This document shows positions 25,655 through 40,007 of a stretch of DNA of 64,000 bases, one piece after another (the first letter of the stretch is position 1; each line of letters begins with the position of its first letter). Made by a program: the position numbers and the translations under genes. Origin of the DNA: Octopus vulgaris (Eukaryota). The stretch spans positions 68,262,001 to 68,326,000 of the forward strand of contig OX597827.1 in assembly GCA_951406725.2 (NCBI GenBank), written 5' to 3'. The notes under the pieces were generated by a model. It did not search any database, was not told the origin of the DNA, and saw only the letters and a list, made by a program, of their open reading frames with translations.

Positions 25655-25755
25655 GCCAACTGCTTCAATGGCTCAATATCAGTTAAGCTTACAAACAATT
25701 CATTCTTAAATTATCATTTAGATCTCGCTTTAACCAAATACGTGTCGACTATTAC

Positions 25756-25794
<39 letters not shown>

Positions 25795-26529
25795 GCCCAG
25801 TATATTCATATTCAAGCAAGCAAGAAATAAATGAAGACGTAAGTATAAATAAATGGAAATTACCAAAATATGTAAATAAAACAAACTTTCTTGTCTCAAG
25901 GTGAAACACTTTAGACCTTGAAAACAAGCAAGACGTATATATATCGGTCGCTAACCATTTGCAATGATCAAAACAAAACTCGGCCGTGAATGCTAACATT
26001 TGGAGAGAGGTAAACCAAGAAGAAGGAGAGTCGATAGAACGATTAAGATAAAACAAAAACAGTAAAAAATAAGTGAAAAAAAGGAACAAAAATATTCAGT
26101 AAAAGAGAGAGAGGGGGTGGTTGATAATGATAAGGTACGTGGGTGTGCGTTAGAGGGGAGATATTAAACGGGGTACGTTTTTTTTTTATATCAGTTTATT
26201 TTCTTAGTTTTCGATACACACCCATTCACATAGTTACTATGCGTCGTTGTGTGAAGTAGCAAGCATCTGTTCAAGTGCAATGTGCGTTCGTTTGTGTGTG
26301 TGTATGTGTGTTATGCATATACATTTACCTGTGTATATGTGCACAAATGAATACGTATATGTGTACGTATAAGTATGTATACATGTCCCTCGTATATATG
26401 TTATATATATATATATGTTATATATATAAGTATGTATACAACGTCCCTCGTATATATGTTATATATATATATATGTTATATATATATATATTTGTATGTG
26501 TATAATATATATATATATATATATATATA

Positions 26530-26730
26530 ATTTGTAACCGCATGTCGATCGTTGGCGATTTTTTTCCTCCGTCTTCCTTTTCTCTTGGACTTTCCTCCGT
26601 CTCCGTCTCCGTCTCCTATTTCTGGCAAAGGGCTTGGCTCGAAGCGTAAAACCACCTTTCTTTCCTTCCCCGAGTGTCCTCGCGTTATTGTTTTTTCTTG
26701 TCTTTGTTCTTCGTTTTGGGTGGATTTTAC
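26530..26730 (+). mobile_element. Diverged relative of the Penelope-like hammerhead fragment
   Basis: CTGGCAA-a-gggc-ttg-gctc-GAAGC-gta at 26622-26648 followed by ccttccccgagtgtc, parallel to 7793 and 44430; sits between TA-rich repeats. Confidence 0.45.
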
Positions 26731-27654
26731 TATATATTTATAAAGAGAGAGATATAGATAGACAGATAGATAGGTAGATAGATAGATAGACTGACAGACA
26801 TATGTTGGTGCAAAGAGGAAAAATAACACTCAAAATATGAGTATATGTATATTTTTATTAATATTTAGCAGCAGCAACAGAGTGACTTGGACCTTGAGTC
26901 TGTGTTGCTTCTGCTATATATATATATGAGCATTTATGAGAAACGTGAGTAAACGATCCCTGAGGAAAATATAGAAACACCAAAACCAGTCAGGTTCATC
27001 TATGGTTTTCTCACCAGAGAGAAAAGAACATTTCGTTCAACCGTTATATCTACTTTACACTGTGAGGTTAAAAATGTATGTATACCAAAAAAAACACATG
27101 CTCGTAAATTTACCATACATTTAAATTATGGTAACGTCGTGTGATGCTTCTATTAACTTTCTATTCACGTTGCCAACACATCGACTGTTATGTAAATTAG
27201 CAGAAACCAGAGTTCTTTGGAAACCTGTGTGTACTATAAAAAGCTACATATTACTAGTCTCTCAGTGCGCAGAAAAACTAAAAATTTGGCTTCTGATGAA
27301 TCAGTGATAAACGGGGAAATTATTTAGATAGATCTCTTTTTCCGCTCACAAAAGAGAAACACTGGTTTAACCACAGTATCATCAGTGGTTGAACCGCACT
27401 TTATTATATTTTTTCGGTCTGTAACCAAGAGCCACATATACGTGATTACTAAAAACGCTGGCTCATAAGTTCAACTCACGTCTATATTCATCTTATTGCT
27501 GCTTAGTGTTCCAGTCAATTGCCTGTCTACTTTTACCAAAAAACTTGCACTGTTATACAAACTAGGGCGTAGTGTGTCTACATACATACATATATATACA
27601 TGCATGCATGCATACATACATACCTACATATATTCCTCAGTGTGTGAATTTAAG

Positions 27655-27696
<42 letters not shown>

Positions 27697-27708
27697 CGTT
27701 CAGAGATT

Positions 27709-27749
<41 letters not shown>

Positions 27750-27761
27750 CGTTCAGAGATT

Positions 27762-27804
<43 letters not shown>

Positions 27805-28642
27805 TATATACACGTGTGTATGTATTATGTATTGTATACTTATATAGTGATTCACTAATGTACTTGAGCTTACAAGCCATAAAATTTTGTAACATTTTAT
27901 ATTCAGTGTCTATAATATGTATGTGTTGCCATGTCTGCAACGGCATGTGTTTCTAGGTTCGTCTGTGTAAGAAACAGACAGTTAATCATTCTGGTGGACG
28001 CCTTGAACGTAATTTAATAATGACGGTCAATATTGTTCTAATTTCTCATTTCATTTGTTCTTTCCTACTCTTGACCTTCATAACTTTCAAAATCACATGA
28101 TGGCTATCACATACGTACACACATGCACATACAGACACACAAGCTCACTCGCTCACTCACTCACATTTATGCATATGTATGTGTATGTTTGTGTATGTGT
28201 CTCATATTAAAGACACATCTCTGTTTAAGTTTGACATAGTTATTTTATCATGAATTTTGAATTTTCCAAGTCCTTTTTTTTTCTTATTATTATTTCTCCT
28301 TTACGTTTAGTCTGGAGTTCTAGCGTTTCTAAACTCATTAGCGTTTTAAAGTCCTTGCCAACCTCATAATCAAAGCGAAATGTTGCAGTTTTGCTACTTC
28401 CACCACCTGCACTACAACCACAAACCAAACACACATGTATGGCTATGTGATTAAAAGTTCACTTTGCAAACATTTGTCTTCATGCTTGAATCCACTGCAT
28501 TGAATTTTGAGCAACTGTCCTCTCCCGTTTTATTGGGTGAGAATTACTCTGTGAGTTGTGAGTTACATAGGGTTGATGGAAACTCTACGGAAGCCAGTTC
28601 TGTGCGTGTGTGACTTTATACAAGATGTGTATAACATATATT

Positions 28643-28688
<46 letters not shown>

Positions 28689-28758
28689 AAGCGCATCCTT
28701 ACAGCGCATAAAAATCTGTAAGCAGCAATTTTCTGCTCTGTAAGGATTTTATCCAATA

Positions 28759-29150
28759 ATAGCAGTATCACCCTGCGTTGCTCGGGTTTGTTTCGACCCT
28801 TTAGAATTGGAATTTTTGAAAAGTAAACATTTTGCATTATGTAGCTTGTTATTCTCTTTAAGTGAACATTTTTCTGGTTGAAATACACCGAAAAATGGCG
28901 ACACAGCAGTCAAAAAATCGTAAAGATTAGGGATTTTCATAGAAAAAACCCCCACCTTTTTGATGTAAATAATTTTTGGTGTTAACATGGTACGATTTGA
29001 ATTTTTTCTTCTACGGAAGGAAGAGCAAGCCTTCTTCTATCATACTCTCAATTTTGGTCAACTTGCGCCGCAGGGTTTCGGAGGAGATAGTTAGTTGAAG
29101 GCTACCAGACCTGCCATACACAGACAACTTCAGCTTTATATATAGAGAGA
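28759..29150 (-). mobile_element. Non-autonomous Helitron (body type II)
   Basis: Near-identical to 37209-37601; TC 5' end; 3' hairpin and CTAG mutated. Confidence 0.88.
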
Positions 29151-29504
29151 TATGCTGTTCTATCAGTACTTACGCGTTGAAAATATATATCTTTCTACTT
29201 GTTCTACAATACATTTCAGCGCATCAAAAACAGACTCATGTTTGTTTACATATGACATGTATATATGTATTTACACTCACAAACAAACACACACATTTAT
29301 GTTCGTTCATCGAATCAAAGGTTCTAACAATTAGCAATCGTGGACGACTGCATAACTATATTCAATGTTTTCTATGAGGAAATATCATATCAGTTCTTTC
29401 TTTCTCGACATTTAAAGGAAATATCACATCTTGCATAAAGTTCTTATAGGCACAAAATGCGTATCTCTTAAAATAAAATAGAAATAAAATAAAATAGAAA
29501 TAAA

Positions 29505-29660
29505 TCCTTTGTACTATAGGTACTTCACTGCTACTTTATCGACCCCGAAAGAATGAAAGGTAAAGTCAACCTCGGCGGTATTTGAACTCAGAACGTAGCG
29601 AGGGGCAAAATGCCGCTGAGCATTTTGCCCGGCGTGCTAACGATTCTGCCAACTCGCTTT
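29505..29660 (-). mobile_element. SINE group A, internally deleted
   Basis: tttatcgaccccgaaagaatgaaagg...cgtgctaacgattctgccaactcgc. Confidence 0.85.
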
Positions 29661-30245
29661 TTAATAAATATAATAATAATGATAATTATTATTATCATTA
29701 TTATTATTATTATTATTATTATACCTGAAAAACCTCTACATTTCCCATATATGTAGATGTGCACCCAACTTGATCAAAATGTATTTTTTGCTCAAGTCAA
29801 AAGAACAACTAGTTCCTTGATTACTAAAAACATAAACAAAACAAAACAAAAAATAAAAATGAAAATAAAAACAGCAGAAAGAAAGTCTCGATTCTCAGGT
29901 CCATTGCTGTTTTAGTATTAGAGCCTGCGCAGACACACACCTCTATCTCAACTCCATCCACACCGCTATGCTACTCTCGTTTATATAACTACATCCGGAT
30001 GAGTTTTTCCCCACTTTCTCCTTATTTCGCTGTATCTTTGTCTCCGTCTTGCTGTGTCTACCCACCCTCTCTTTCGCACACATACTCTTTCTTTCCTGCT
30101 ATTTTTCTTTTTTTTTTTTTTTTTTTTTTTTGTTCTTGGTTTTTTTTTTCTTTTTTCTGACACACCGGACTTGACAATGTGCCCAAATTTATTTCTGCAA
30201 TGCTGCTTCCCCTTTGGAGCTGTCTATCTGAACCCCGTTGCTCTA

Positions 30246-30375
<130 letters not shown>

Positions 30376-30471
30376 CCAACAACTACACAAAATTCAACTA
30401 ATAATATCAGCACTCGCATTATGTAACCGTCATAAGTATATATATATATATATATGTATCTCTCTCTCTCT

Positions 30472-30525
<54 letters not shown>

Positions 30526-31282
30526 GTGCTAGCACTTTAAACAAGAACTTTACTTAATATACGGCCTCACGTCAGACACCTGGTGGAATTGTGCGATAGC
30601 GTGTGCGCGCACATGCGCACGTGCGCTTGTGTATGTAAATAAGTGAGTCTAGTCATCAATTATATCACGGAATTAATAGAATATATTACTTAAATACTAT
30701 ACATTACGCTTTGCTGCTATTTCTGTTCAAGGAAGCGCTGTTCTGAATTCCTTTTTAAAATGCGATGTGTGCTTTTTGTTAAAAAGACATGTTAAGATTG
30801 CAAATTGCCTTTAAGGTCGAAGGTCAAGCAAACCATCTATTATCTGGATCATTTTGTTTATTTTCCTTATTCTTTTATTTCTTATACTAATTGTTTTACT
30901 TATTTTTGTTTTCTGTTTATTTTATTTTTAAAAAAAAAGGAAGCGTTGGCAATATTGTGTAGTTTACTTCGCATCCACACGGTTGTTGTTTCGATCCCGG
31001 TATGGCATCTCAGATAAGCATCTCTTGCTATAGCCGGGTTCACCAAATCCTTACGAGTAAAATTTGGTAGAAGGAAATTGCACAAGACCGCAACGTGTGT
31101 GTGAGTGAGTGTGTGTGCACGTGCGTGCGTAGAATGATTTGCGCATATATATATGCATACATTATTTTTTTTTTTATTTAAAACACCGACGAGCTACGTT
31201 TCTGTACGAACAGCTACGACACTTGAAGCTGCTTGGGGTCGAATCAAACTTCAGTGCCTCTTTCTTTCGTTTCTCTACTCAT

Positions 31283-31428
31283 CCGACGGTGGAGTGACGA
31301 TTTCAAGAGGACGATTGGGATCACGTGGTTGAGAAAGGCGCGATCCAGAGAAGAGTGGACAGCGTGCTGTGACCAGCGGTGTCAAATGGACGCCTGACGG
31401 ACTGGTCGTTCAAAGTGATCAAAGTGAT
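31283..31428 (+). mobile_element. RTE-clade LINE 3' end
   Basis: Translates RRWSDDFKRTIGITWLRKARSREEWTACCDQRCQMDA*, the RW.D...W...A..R..W pattern of RTE C-termini; short tandem tail aagtgatcaaagtgat. Confidence 0.75.
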
Positions 31429-31454
31429 ATATATATATATATATATATTTTTTT

Positions 31455-31855
31455 TTTTTACTTGCTTCAGTCATTTGGCTGGGGCCATGCTGGAGCACCG
31501 CCTTTAGTCGAGCAAATCGACCCCAGGACCTATTCTTTGGAAGCCTAGTACTTATTCTATCGGTCTCTTTTGCCGAACTGCTAAGTTACAGGGACGTAAA
31601 CACACCAGCATCAGTTGTCAAAGTGATGTGTGTGTGTGTGGGGGGGGGGCAAACACAGACACACAAACACACACACACATGTATATACATATACATATAT
31701 ACGACAGGCTTCTTTCAGCTTCCATCTACCAAATCCACTCACAAGGCTTTGGTCGGCCCGATGCTATAGTAGAAGACACTTGCCCAAGGTGCCACGCAGT
31801 GGAACTGAACCTGGAACCATGTAGTTGGTAAGCAAGCTACTTACCACACAGCCAT
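31455..31855 (-). mobile_element. SINE group B
   Basis: Body matches 3521-3970. Confidence 0.9.
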
Positions 31856-32132
31856 AGGAATTATACAGAATTTTTTAATTTATAGTTAATGTAACTATTT
31901 ATTTATTTATTACGTACTGAATTTTTCCCCATTGTTTTATATAATTTGGATTCATTTCCTTGTTCGTGTTAAAAGCACTTGAATAATCTCGAGAAAGAAT
32001 GTCCTTTGTCCGGTTTATCCAGCAACGTTAGATACGTACAATTACAGAATGGTTAAGGATTTCGCGTTACAATAACAAGATCTCGGGTTTGATCCAATGT
32101 GTTATCACGTGCCAGTACCCTTTACAACAACC

Positions 32133-32362
32133 TCTTTCTTTACTACCCACAAGGGGCTAAATACAGAGAAGACAAACAAGGACAGACAAATGGATTAAAT
32201 CGATTATATCGACCCCAGTGCGTAACTGGCACTTAATTTATCGACCCCGAAAGAATGAAAGAATAAAGTCGACCTCGGCGGAATTTGAACTCAGAACGCA
32301 GTGACGGACGAAATACCGCTAAGCATTTCGCCCGGCTTGCTAACGTTTCTGCCAGCTCGCCA
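32133..32362 (-). mobile_element. SINE group A, young
   Basis: 17-bp TSD taccctttacaacaacc at 32116-32132 and 32366-32382. Confidence 0.92.
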
Positions 32363-32693
32363 ACTTACCCTTTACAACAACCACTGTCATGTTACCCATT
32401 TTTTCTCAGTGGAAACTGGCTAAACAGAAACTGCTTGGTGTCGCCTGTCAGTTAGGCTGTGTATTTCATTTAAATGTACAGACTTTTCGCATAAATGCCT
32501 CGTTGATCCCACCTTTGAATTACGTCAAATGTACATCTGTTTTTGGAATAATCAGCTACCTGTACACCAAGAAAAGATGTAGGTACTTCAGTTGACTGAG
32601 CAACTAATTATACATAATCGAAACCAGCGAAAATACTTTACAGGCGTAGAGATGTAATTTAACATTAATAAAATTATCTTTTGGCTCATTACA

Positions 32694-33119
32694 TTACTCT
32701 TTTACTCTTTACTCTTTTACTTGTTTCAGTCATTTGACTGACTGCGGCCATGCTGGAGCACCGCCTTTAGTCGAACCAAATCGACCCCAGGACTTATACT
32801 TTGTAAGCCCAGTACTTATTCTATCGGTGTCTTTTGCCGAACCGCTAAGTGACGGGGACGTAAACACACCAGCATCGGTTGTCAAGCAATGCTAGGGGGA
32901 CAAACACAGACACAGAAACATATATATATATATATATATATACATACATATATACGACGGGCTTCTTTCAGTTTCCGTCTACCAAATCCACTCAGAAGGC
33001 TTTGGTTGGCCCGAGGCTATATTTGAAGACACTTGCTCAAGATGCCACGCAGTGGGACTGCACCCGGAACCATGTGGTTTGTAAGCAAGCTGCTTACCAC
33101 ACAGCCACTCCTGCGCCTA
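32694..33119 (-). mobile_element. SINE group B, full length
   Basis: Complete head to tandem tactcttt-type tail. Confidence 0.92.
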
Positions 33120-33539
33120 TTATATACGTTAAGTCACACTTACCTATATGTTTTTCGTTCAGAAGTCATCTCTGGAAAATTTTGCTTGTCATTAGTTTAA
33201 CTAATTGAATCAGTTATTAATTTTTCGATCGAAGTCTTTTTTCATTTAAGTTCGTATGTCTCAGCTTTGCAGCGGAGGTGTAACAGCACTAGAATATATC
33301 AACAATTGTGATCGTACTTACAAGAAATGAAAAACCCAATCCACAGTACACGTCCCTAACTTTTAATCAGTTTTAACAACCGAGTTATCTCCCGTGCATT
33401 TGACAAGAATTATCATTAACGTTAAAGATTATGATTTTTATTCTTGTTGTAATTTTAACTGAATTGGGAGTTTCTGTAATTTTGTTGTCTTGAATTTTTT
33501 CTCTTTCGTTTTTTTTCTTTTTGGTTACTATTTACTACT

Positions 33540-33945
33540 ATTTACTTATTTGTTTCAGTCATTTGACTGCGGCCATGCTGGAGCACTGCCTTTAGTCGAG
33601 CAAATCGAACCCACGACTTATTCTTTGTAAGCCTAGTACTTATTCTATCGGTCTCTGTTGCTGAACCGCTATGTTACGGGGACGTAAATACACCAGCATC
33701 GGTTGTCAAGCGATGTTGGTGGGGGGACAAACACAGACACACAAACACACACCCACGCATATATATTCATATACATATATACGACGGGCTTCTTTCAGTT
33801 TCCGTCCACCAAACCCACTCACAAGGCTTTGGTCAGCCCGAGGCTATAGCAGAAGACATTTGCCCAAGGTGCCACGCAGTGGGACCGAACCTGGAACCAT
33901 GTGGTTGGTAAGCAAGCTACTTACCACACAGCCACTCCTGCGCCT
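33540..33945 (-). mobile_element. SINE group B, full length
   Basis: Complete head to tail. Confidence 0.92.
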
Positions 33946-34563
33946 CATCTCATTTAACATCATCTTATACAAATTTTAATTATAAATTATAAGGCAAGTC
34001 AACGGAGTAAATGAGTGAGGCTCGTTTTAGCCGCTCGTTCGAGTTTCAAAAGACAGTAAAGAAACCTTCCTCAAATACACGTCTTAAAGTCTTACAATAA
34101 CAACGCCTCTCTTGTCTCCAAATATAAAAAAAAGTAAATACATTCTGTAACTTCTGTTATGTATCTTACGACCTCATTTTATTTTATATCGTACGTTTGG
34201 TTAACTACATGATAAATAATTCATTCTTCCTTCTACGAAATTATTCACAGCTAACAATAACTTGCGGTTCTGAAAACTTTTTACATAATCTTGTATATGA
34301 TGTAAGAATATAATTCTAATATATATTCATGAATTTCACACAGAATCTCCATGTAACCGGTAAATTTCCATCCAACGTGTAATGTATTCTAGTATTTCAG
34401 TATTTTTATTCACACAAATACGAATTACTTCACCATGTTGATATGTTTATGATTTATAAATCACGTGAAACCCGTTACATATTCACTGATAATATCGAGT
34501 GACTCATTAATATATTTTTTTAAGCAAAAATTTTCTCATGAAATATTTTGGAGAAAAAGGCAA

Positions 34564-34950
34564 ATGATGATGATGATGATGATGATAGAAATAATAATAA
34601 CGATGATGATGACGATGATGATAATAATGGTAATAATGATAATAATGATGACAAAAATAATGATAATAATGATAATGATAATAATAATAACAATGATGAT
34701 GATGATGATGATAATAACAATAATAATAATAACAATAATAACAATAATAATAATAACAACAATAATGATAATAATAATAATGATAATAATAATAATAATA
34801 ATAATAACAATAATAATAATAATAATAACAATAATAATAATAACAATAATGATAATAATAATGATGATAATAATAATAACAACAATGATAATAATAATGA
34901 TGATGATGATGATGACAACAAGAGTATTAATAATAATAATAATAATAATA
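34564..34950. repeat. Compound (AAT/GAT/AAC)n trinucleotide microsatellite, about 390 bp
   Basis: Direct reading; source of the poly-N/D, poly-I/M and poly-L ORFs. Confidence 0.95.
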
Positions 34951-35565
34951 AAAACAAGCCTTGCAGACAATTCTCTCTTGACATGTTTCGTGCGATTTGG
35001 GATTGTTTTTTTTTTTGATTTTGGGATGTCACATTCAAAATTCATTGCAGTACTCAACTACGTTTTAACAAACATCCTGTCTACACTAGTGCATATATGT
35101 TCTATATGTATATGCATATATAACCAGCCGAAACTGCAAAGATAATCTGGAACTCGACTGACGAAAGAAAACTCCGAATGACCCGTCCTTGTTTTTTTCT
35201 TACTCCTTTTTTGTATCATCCAACTTTCTGGATGTCTTGTTGCCGCCTGTTGCGTTCTTGTTCCATTGTTTGGAGTGAACCTGAAACCATGTGGTTGGGA
35301 AACAAGCATCTTACCACACGGCCATGTCTGTGCCTATTGTATGGTTTTATAGATAGAAGCAAAAACATACATAAAAAAAACAGTTGACTCATGTTAATTA
35401 ACGATGGTTTTTAAGCACGCAACCACATACAGACATTGACCATTTACTCTTTATCTTCTTACATAATGTAAATGAAGACAATAAAAGCTAAAAGAGATGT
35501 ACAGAAAATAGTAAATATCAAATGTTGAAACTTAATCACTTTCATATACATACATATACACATGC

Positions 35566-35629
<64 letters not shown>

Positions 35630-35844
35630 ATATAGCCAGTTTGGATTTGCTAGCTTGTTGGTAACTACCATCGCTGTAGTTTCTTGGTAAAAAGCCAACG
35701 TGTTAACACGGGAAATAAAGCAATGAATCTGTTTGTGGATAACGTTTGATTCTGTTGAATAATTTACGTTTTTGAGGTGTGTTTTAGAACAAGAAATTAC
35801 TGCCTTTATAGAAAGGCTTTTAAAAAGTTACTGAGTTATGAAGA

Positions 35845-36660
35845 CAGGCGTGGCTGTATCGTAAGGCGTTCGCTGCCCAGTCACGTGGTTCAGTCACTGT
35901 GTGTAGTATCTTGGGAAAACGTCTTCTATTATAGCTCCGGGCCGACGAAAGCCTTATCACTGGATTTGGTAGACGGAAACTGAAAGAAGGCTATTTGTAT
36001 ATATAAATATATGTAAGGATGTGGCGCAGGAGTGGCTATGTAGTAAGTAGTTTGCTTACCAACCACATGGTTCCGGGTTCATTCCTACTGCGTGGCACCT
36101 TGGGCAAGTGTCTTCTACTATAGCCTCGGGCCTACCAAAACCTTGTGAGTGGATTTGGTAGACGGAAACTGAAAGAAGCCTGTCGATATATGTATATATG
36201 TGTGTGTGTGTGTGTTTGTGTTTGTGCACCCAACATCACTTGACAACTAATGCTGGAGTGTTTACGTCCCCGTAACTTAGCGGTTCGGCAAATGAGACCG
36301 ATAGAATAAGTACTAGGCTTACAAAGAATAAGTCCTGGGGTCGATTTGCTCGACTAAAGGCGGTACTCCAGCATGGCCACAGTCAAATGACTGAAACAAG
36401 TAAAAGAGAGAGTATGTATGTATGTGTGTGTGTGTGCGCGCACATTACCTTCCATAAGTTGTTTGAAAACTGGTGTTGGTTTGTTTATGTCCCCGTACCC
36501 AAGCGGTCTGGCAAAAGGTCTTATATAATAAGTACCAGATTTTTTTTAAAAAAAGAAACATAAGTATCGGATAGTGGAGTGACTTGTTCAGTTAAACCCT
36601 TTCGAAGCATTGCTGCAGCATGACCGCAGTCTAATGACTAAAACAAATAAAAACTAAAAG
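35845..36660 (+). mobile_element. Old group B SINE (35845-36010 and 36415-36660) with a young group B SINE (36022-36410) nested in its internal microsatellite
   Basis: Diverged head, then a complete young copy, then the diverged tail half. Confidence 0.82.
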
Positions 36661-37208
36661 CTACTGTTGGGGGAAGACATTTATTTATTTATTTATTTTT
36701 GAGCCATTATTCCTAAAGCTAACTGTTATCACAGAGTCCATTTCCTTTCCATTCTACTCCTGCGAACTACTATACCCTTTCGACTGATTTCCGTATGAGT
36801 TTCTTTCCCAAGAGAAGGTTTATTGCTAAGGACAGAATTCGGATATATTTACAATAGTTCGTTAGAGCTGACTTATTAGCGTTCATCATTATTATATTTT
36901 AATTAGAAATGTCGTGTCGTGTTTAGCAAAATGAATGGTAATTATCCTATCTACTACAGGCACAAAACCTGAGGGAGTAAGTCGACGTTGCCTTTTATCC
37001 TTCCGGAGTCAATGAAATAAATAAATACCAGTTGAACACTTGGGTCGATGTAATCGACTTACTTTCTCCCTTGAACTTCCTAGTCTTGTGCTAAAATTTG
37101 AAGCCATTATCATGCGATCAAATAAGTTCAAAGCTACAATTCTCCTTTATCTTTTCGTCCTTTTCGTCTGTCCGTATCTTTTGTAAAAATCAAAATATAT
37201 ATTAGGAA

Positions 37209-37601
37209 CTAGCAGTATCGCCCGGCGTTGCTCGGGTTTGTTTCGACCTTTTAGAATTGGAATTTTTGAAAAGTAAAAATTTTGCATTATGTAGCTTGTT
37301 ATTCTCTTTAAATGAACATTTTTCTGGTTGAAATACACCGAAAAATGGCGACACAGCAGTCAAAAATTCATTAAAAAATAGGGATTTTCATAGAAAAAAA
37401 GCACCTTTTTGATGTAAATAATTTTTGGTGTTAACATGGTCCGATTTGAATTTATTCTTCTACCGAAGGAAGAGCGAGCCTTCTTCTATCATACTCTCAA
37501 TTTTGGTCAACTTACGCCGCAGGGTCTAGGAGGATATAGTGTTAGTTGAAGGCTACCAAACCTGTCATACACAGACAACTTCAGCTTTATATATAGAGAG
37601 A
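37209..37601 (-). mobile_element. Non-autonomous Helitron (body type II)
   Basis: Minus strand A|TC...cccgagcaacgccgggcgatactgCTAG|T. Confidence 0.9.
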
Positions 37602-38158
37602 TAGGAGAGTATTGTTTGTAAAGAATAAAAAGTTTTGAATGGTACAACATTGCACTATAATACAGACAAAGGGATATATACCTGTTGTAATTTAGTCATT
37701 CAGAGTCTGATATGATATTTCGGAATAAAATTCCTTCTTCAGATATTCGTAGATGGAGTCGCTGCTGTAATCGGTTTTCTAACGGCTTAAAACTTTTTTA
37801 TTCTTTACAAAATATATAAAATATTTACTCCTATACGATCGGTACAGACTATCGATTTTATTTTACACAGAAGCAAGATTTATATATATGTATATATATA
37901 TACGAAAAATACCATTACAGCTTCAAGATAATTCATGCTTCACGATAATTTATTTTTCTCTCATGATTATTGACAAATGACACAGATTGGAGTTATATTT
38001 AATTCAGTTCTCCCTCACTCTTTAGTCATTTATTTAGATTAACAAAATCAGTTTTGACAAGCTGAAATAGCAAAGTAGATATTTTTCAGTTCATCTCGTA
38101 GGTAATTTCTTGTCAACGTATATTCATTTCTTCCTATCTCTAAAAATTCAGAGGCTTA

Positions 38159-38247
<89 letters not shown>

Positions 38248-38265
38248 GTCTGTCTATCTCTCTAA

Positions 38266-38343
<78 letters not shown>

Positions 38344-38381
38344 GTTTATCAATCTATCTATCTATCTGTTTATCTCTCTAA

Positions 38382-38418
<37 letters not shown>

Positions 38419-38459
38419 AATCTATCTATCCATCTATCTATCTATCTATCTATCTATCT

Positions 38460-38552
<93 letters not shown>
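38159..38552. repeat. (TATC)n(CA)n(TA)n compound microsatellite
   Basis: Direct reading. Confidence 0.95.
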
Positions 38553-38553
<1 letters not shown>

Positions 38554-38888
38554 TCTGTGTTCCCAATGGCACTTTTGTATTTTTTTACTGCTTTACCGAA
38601 TTGACCACGCCATTACGAAGTCAGCCTGTTAAGGTCCCGAAGGTGTCTCTGTAATTGCTAAAGTATTAATAGAGTTTCTTGAGGAAGCACAAATTTCTAA
38701 GATAGCCAGTGACCATCTAGCAACCTCCTTGCCACTTCATCACCGTTGTCGGTCATTGTTGTTTTCTTGTCATAATTAATTTTATTTTTCCTCAGTGTTG
38801 TTGTTGTTGCTATTATGGTTTGGCACAGATTCGGTCTTACTCCTGATAGGAATTATGTGGATAGCGGATTACTACCTGTAACCTTACG

Positions 38889-39055
38889 TAGGCGTAGGAG
38901 TTGCTGTGTGGTAAGTAGTTTGCTTACCAACCACGGGGTTCCGGGTTCATTCCCACTGCGTGGCACCTTGGGCAAGTGTCTTCTACTATAGCCTCGGGCC
39001 TACCAAAGCCTTGTGAGAGGATTTTGTAGACGGAAACTGAAAGAAGCCCATCGTA

Positions 39056-39110
<55 letters not shown>

Positions 39111-39322
39111 GTGGGTATATGTTTGTGTGTCTGTGTTTGTCCCCCCAACATCGCTTGACAACCGATGCTGGTGTGTTTGCGATCCCGTAACTTAGCGGTT
39201 CTGCAAAAGAGACCGATAGAATAAGTACTAGGCTTACAAAGAATAAGTCCTGGGGTCGATTTGATCGACTAAAGACGTTGTTCTAGCATGACTAAAACAA
39301 GTAAAAGAGTAAAAGAATAAAA
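38889..39322 (+). mobile_element. SINE group B, full length
   Basis: Complete head to gtaaaagagtaaaagaataaaa tail. Confidence 0.92.
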
Positions 39323-39453
39323 GCGTCTTTCAAGTGCTTAGAATCTTCCTGATAACCTTTACTATCCCTAAAGAACAAACTTTCTGTAAGAGCTCTACCG
39401 GGCAGTCTATTTCACTCTCTTTCAGCCAATTCATTATTATTATTATTATTATT

Positions 39454-40007
39454 GAGTGAGAGAGCAGTTCATGCCATCAAAGTGACACTGGAGTAAAATA
39501 TACGAAGCCCAATATACCCATCATGACTACCCTAATGATAAGGGTACACCAGGCACATGCATCACAACCATATGTGCGCGACATGGTGATCTCATATCAA
39601 GATAAACAGCACATGACCTTGCAGGTGGGACCCAGTTAGAATTTTCTTCAGGTTGAGTAGCTCATCCCGCTCAAAAGGTCCCTGAATAAGGGTTGTTTAA
39701 GGATGTTGAAAGAACCACCCATGTTTCCAGAGGTGAATTATTCAAACCCCAAAGAATCCCTCTCAACACATGGCTATGATGCTCCCCCACTACTTCTGCT
39801 CGTGATCAGAGATGCACATATCGTCAGCCACTAAGGGACATGCTCAACTAGTTAAAGTCAAACAACTGACAAGCAAATCTGTGGTATTGAGCAGAATATT
39901 TGCTGTAGCCCATCTTTTATACCAAGACAAAACAATGTACATGATAACACTTCCAATCAGTTAAAATCAGAAGCCATGAGAGCCACTGCCTGGTACTGCA
40001 TCAGGGC

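Noticed and set aside
26951-26998. CTGAGGA...GAAAC...GTC hammerhead-like order
   Set aside because: Helix II cannot form and helix I starts with a mismatch; at best heavily decayed
27363-27395. Hairpin enclosing CTGATGA on the minus strand
   Set aside because: Lacks helix II and the GAAA half of the core
34465-35145. Long ORFs (156-226 aa) with poly-I/M, poly-N/D or poly-L
   Set aside because: Stop-free frames of a trinucleotide microsatellite; open in several frames on both strands
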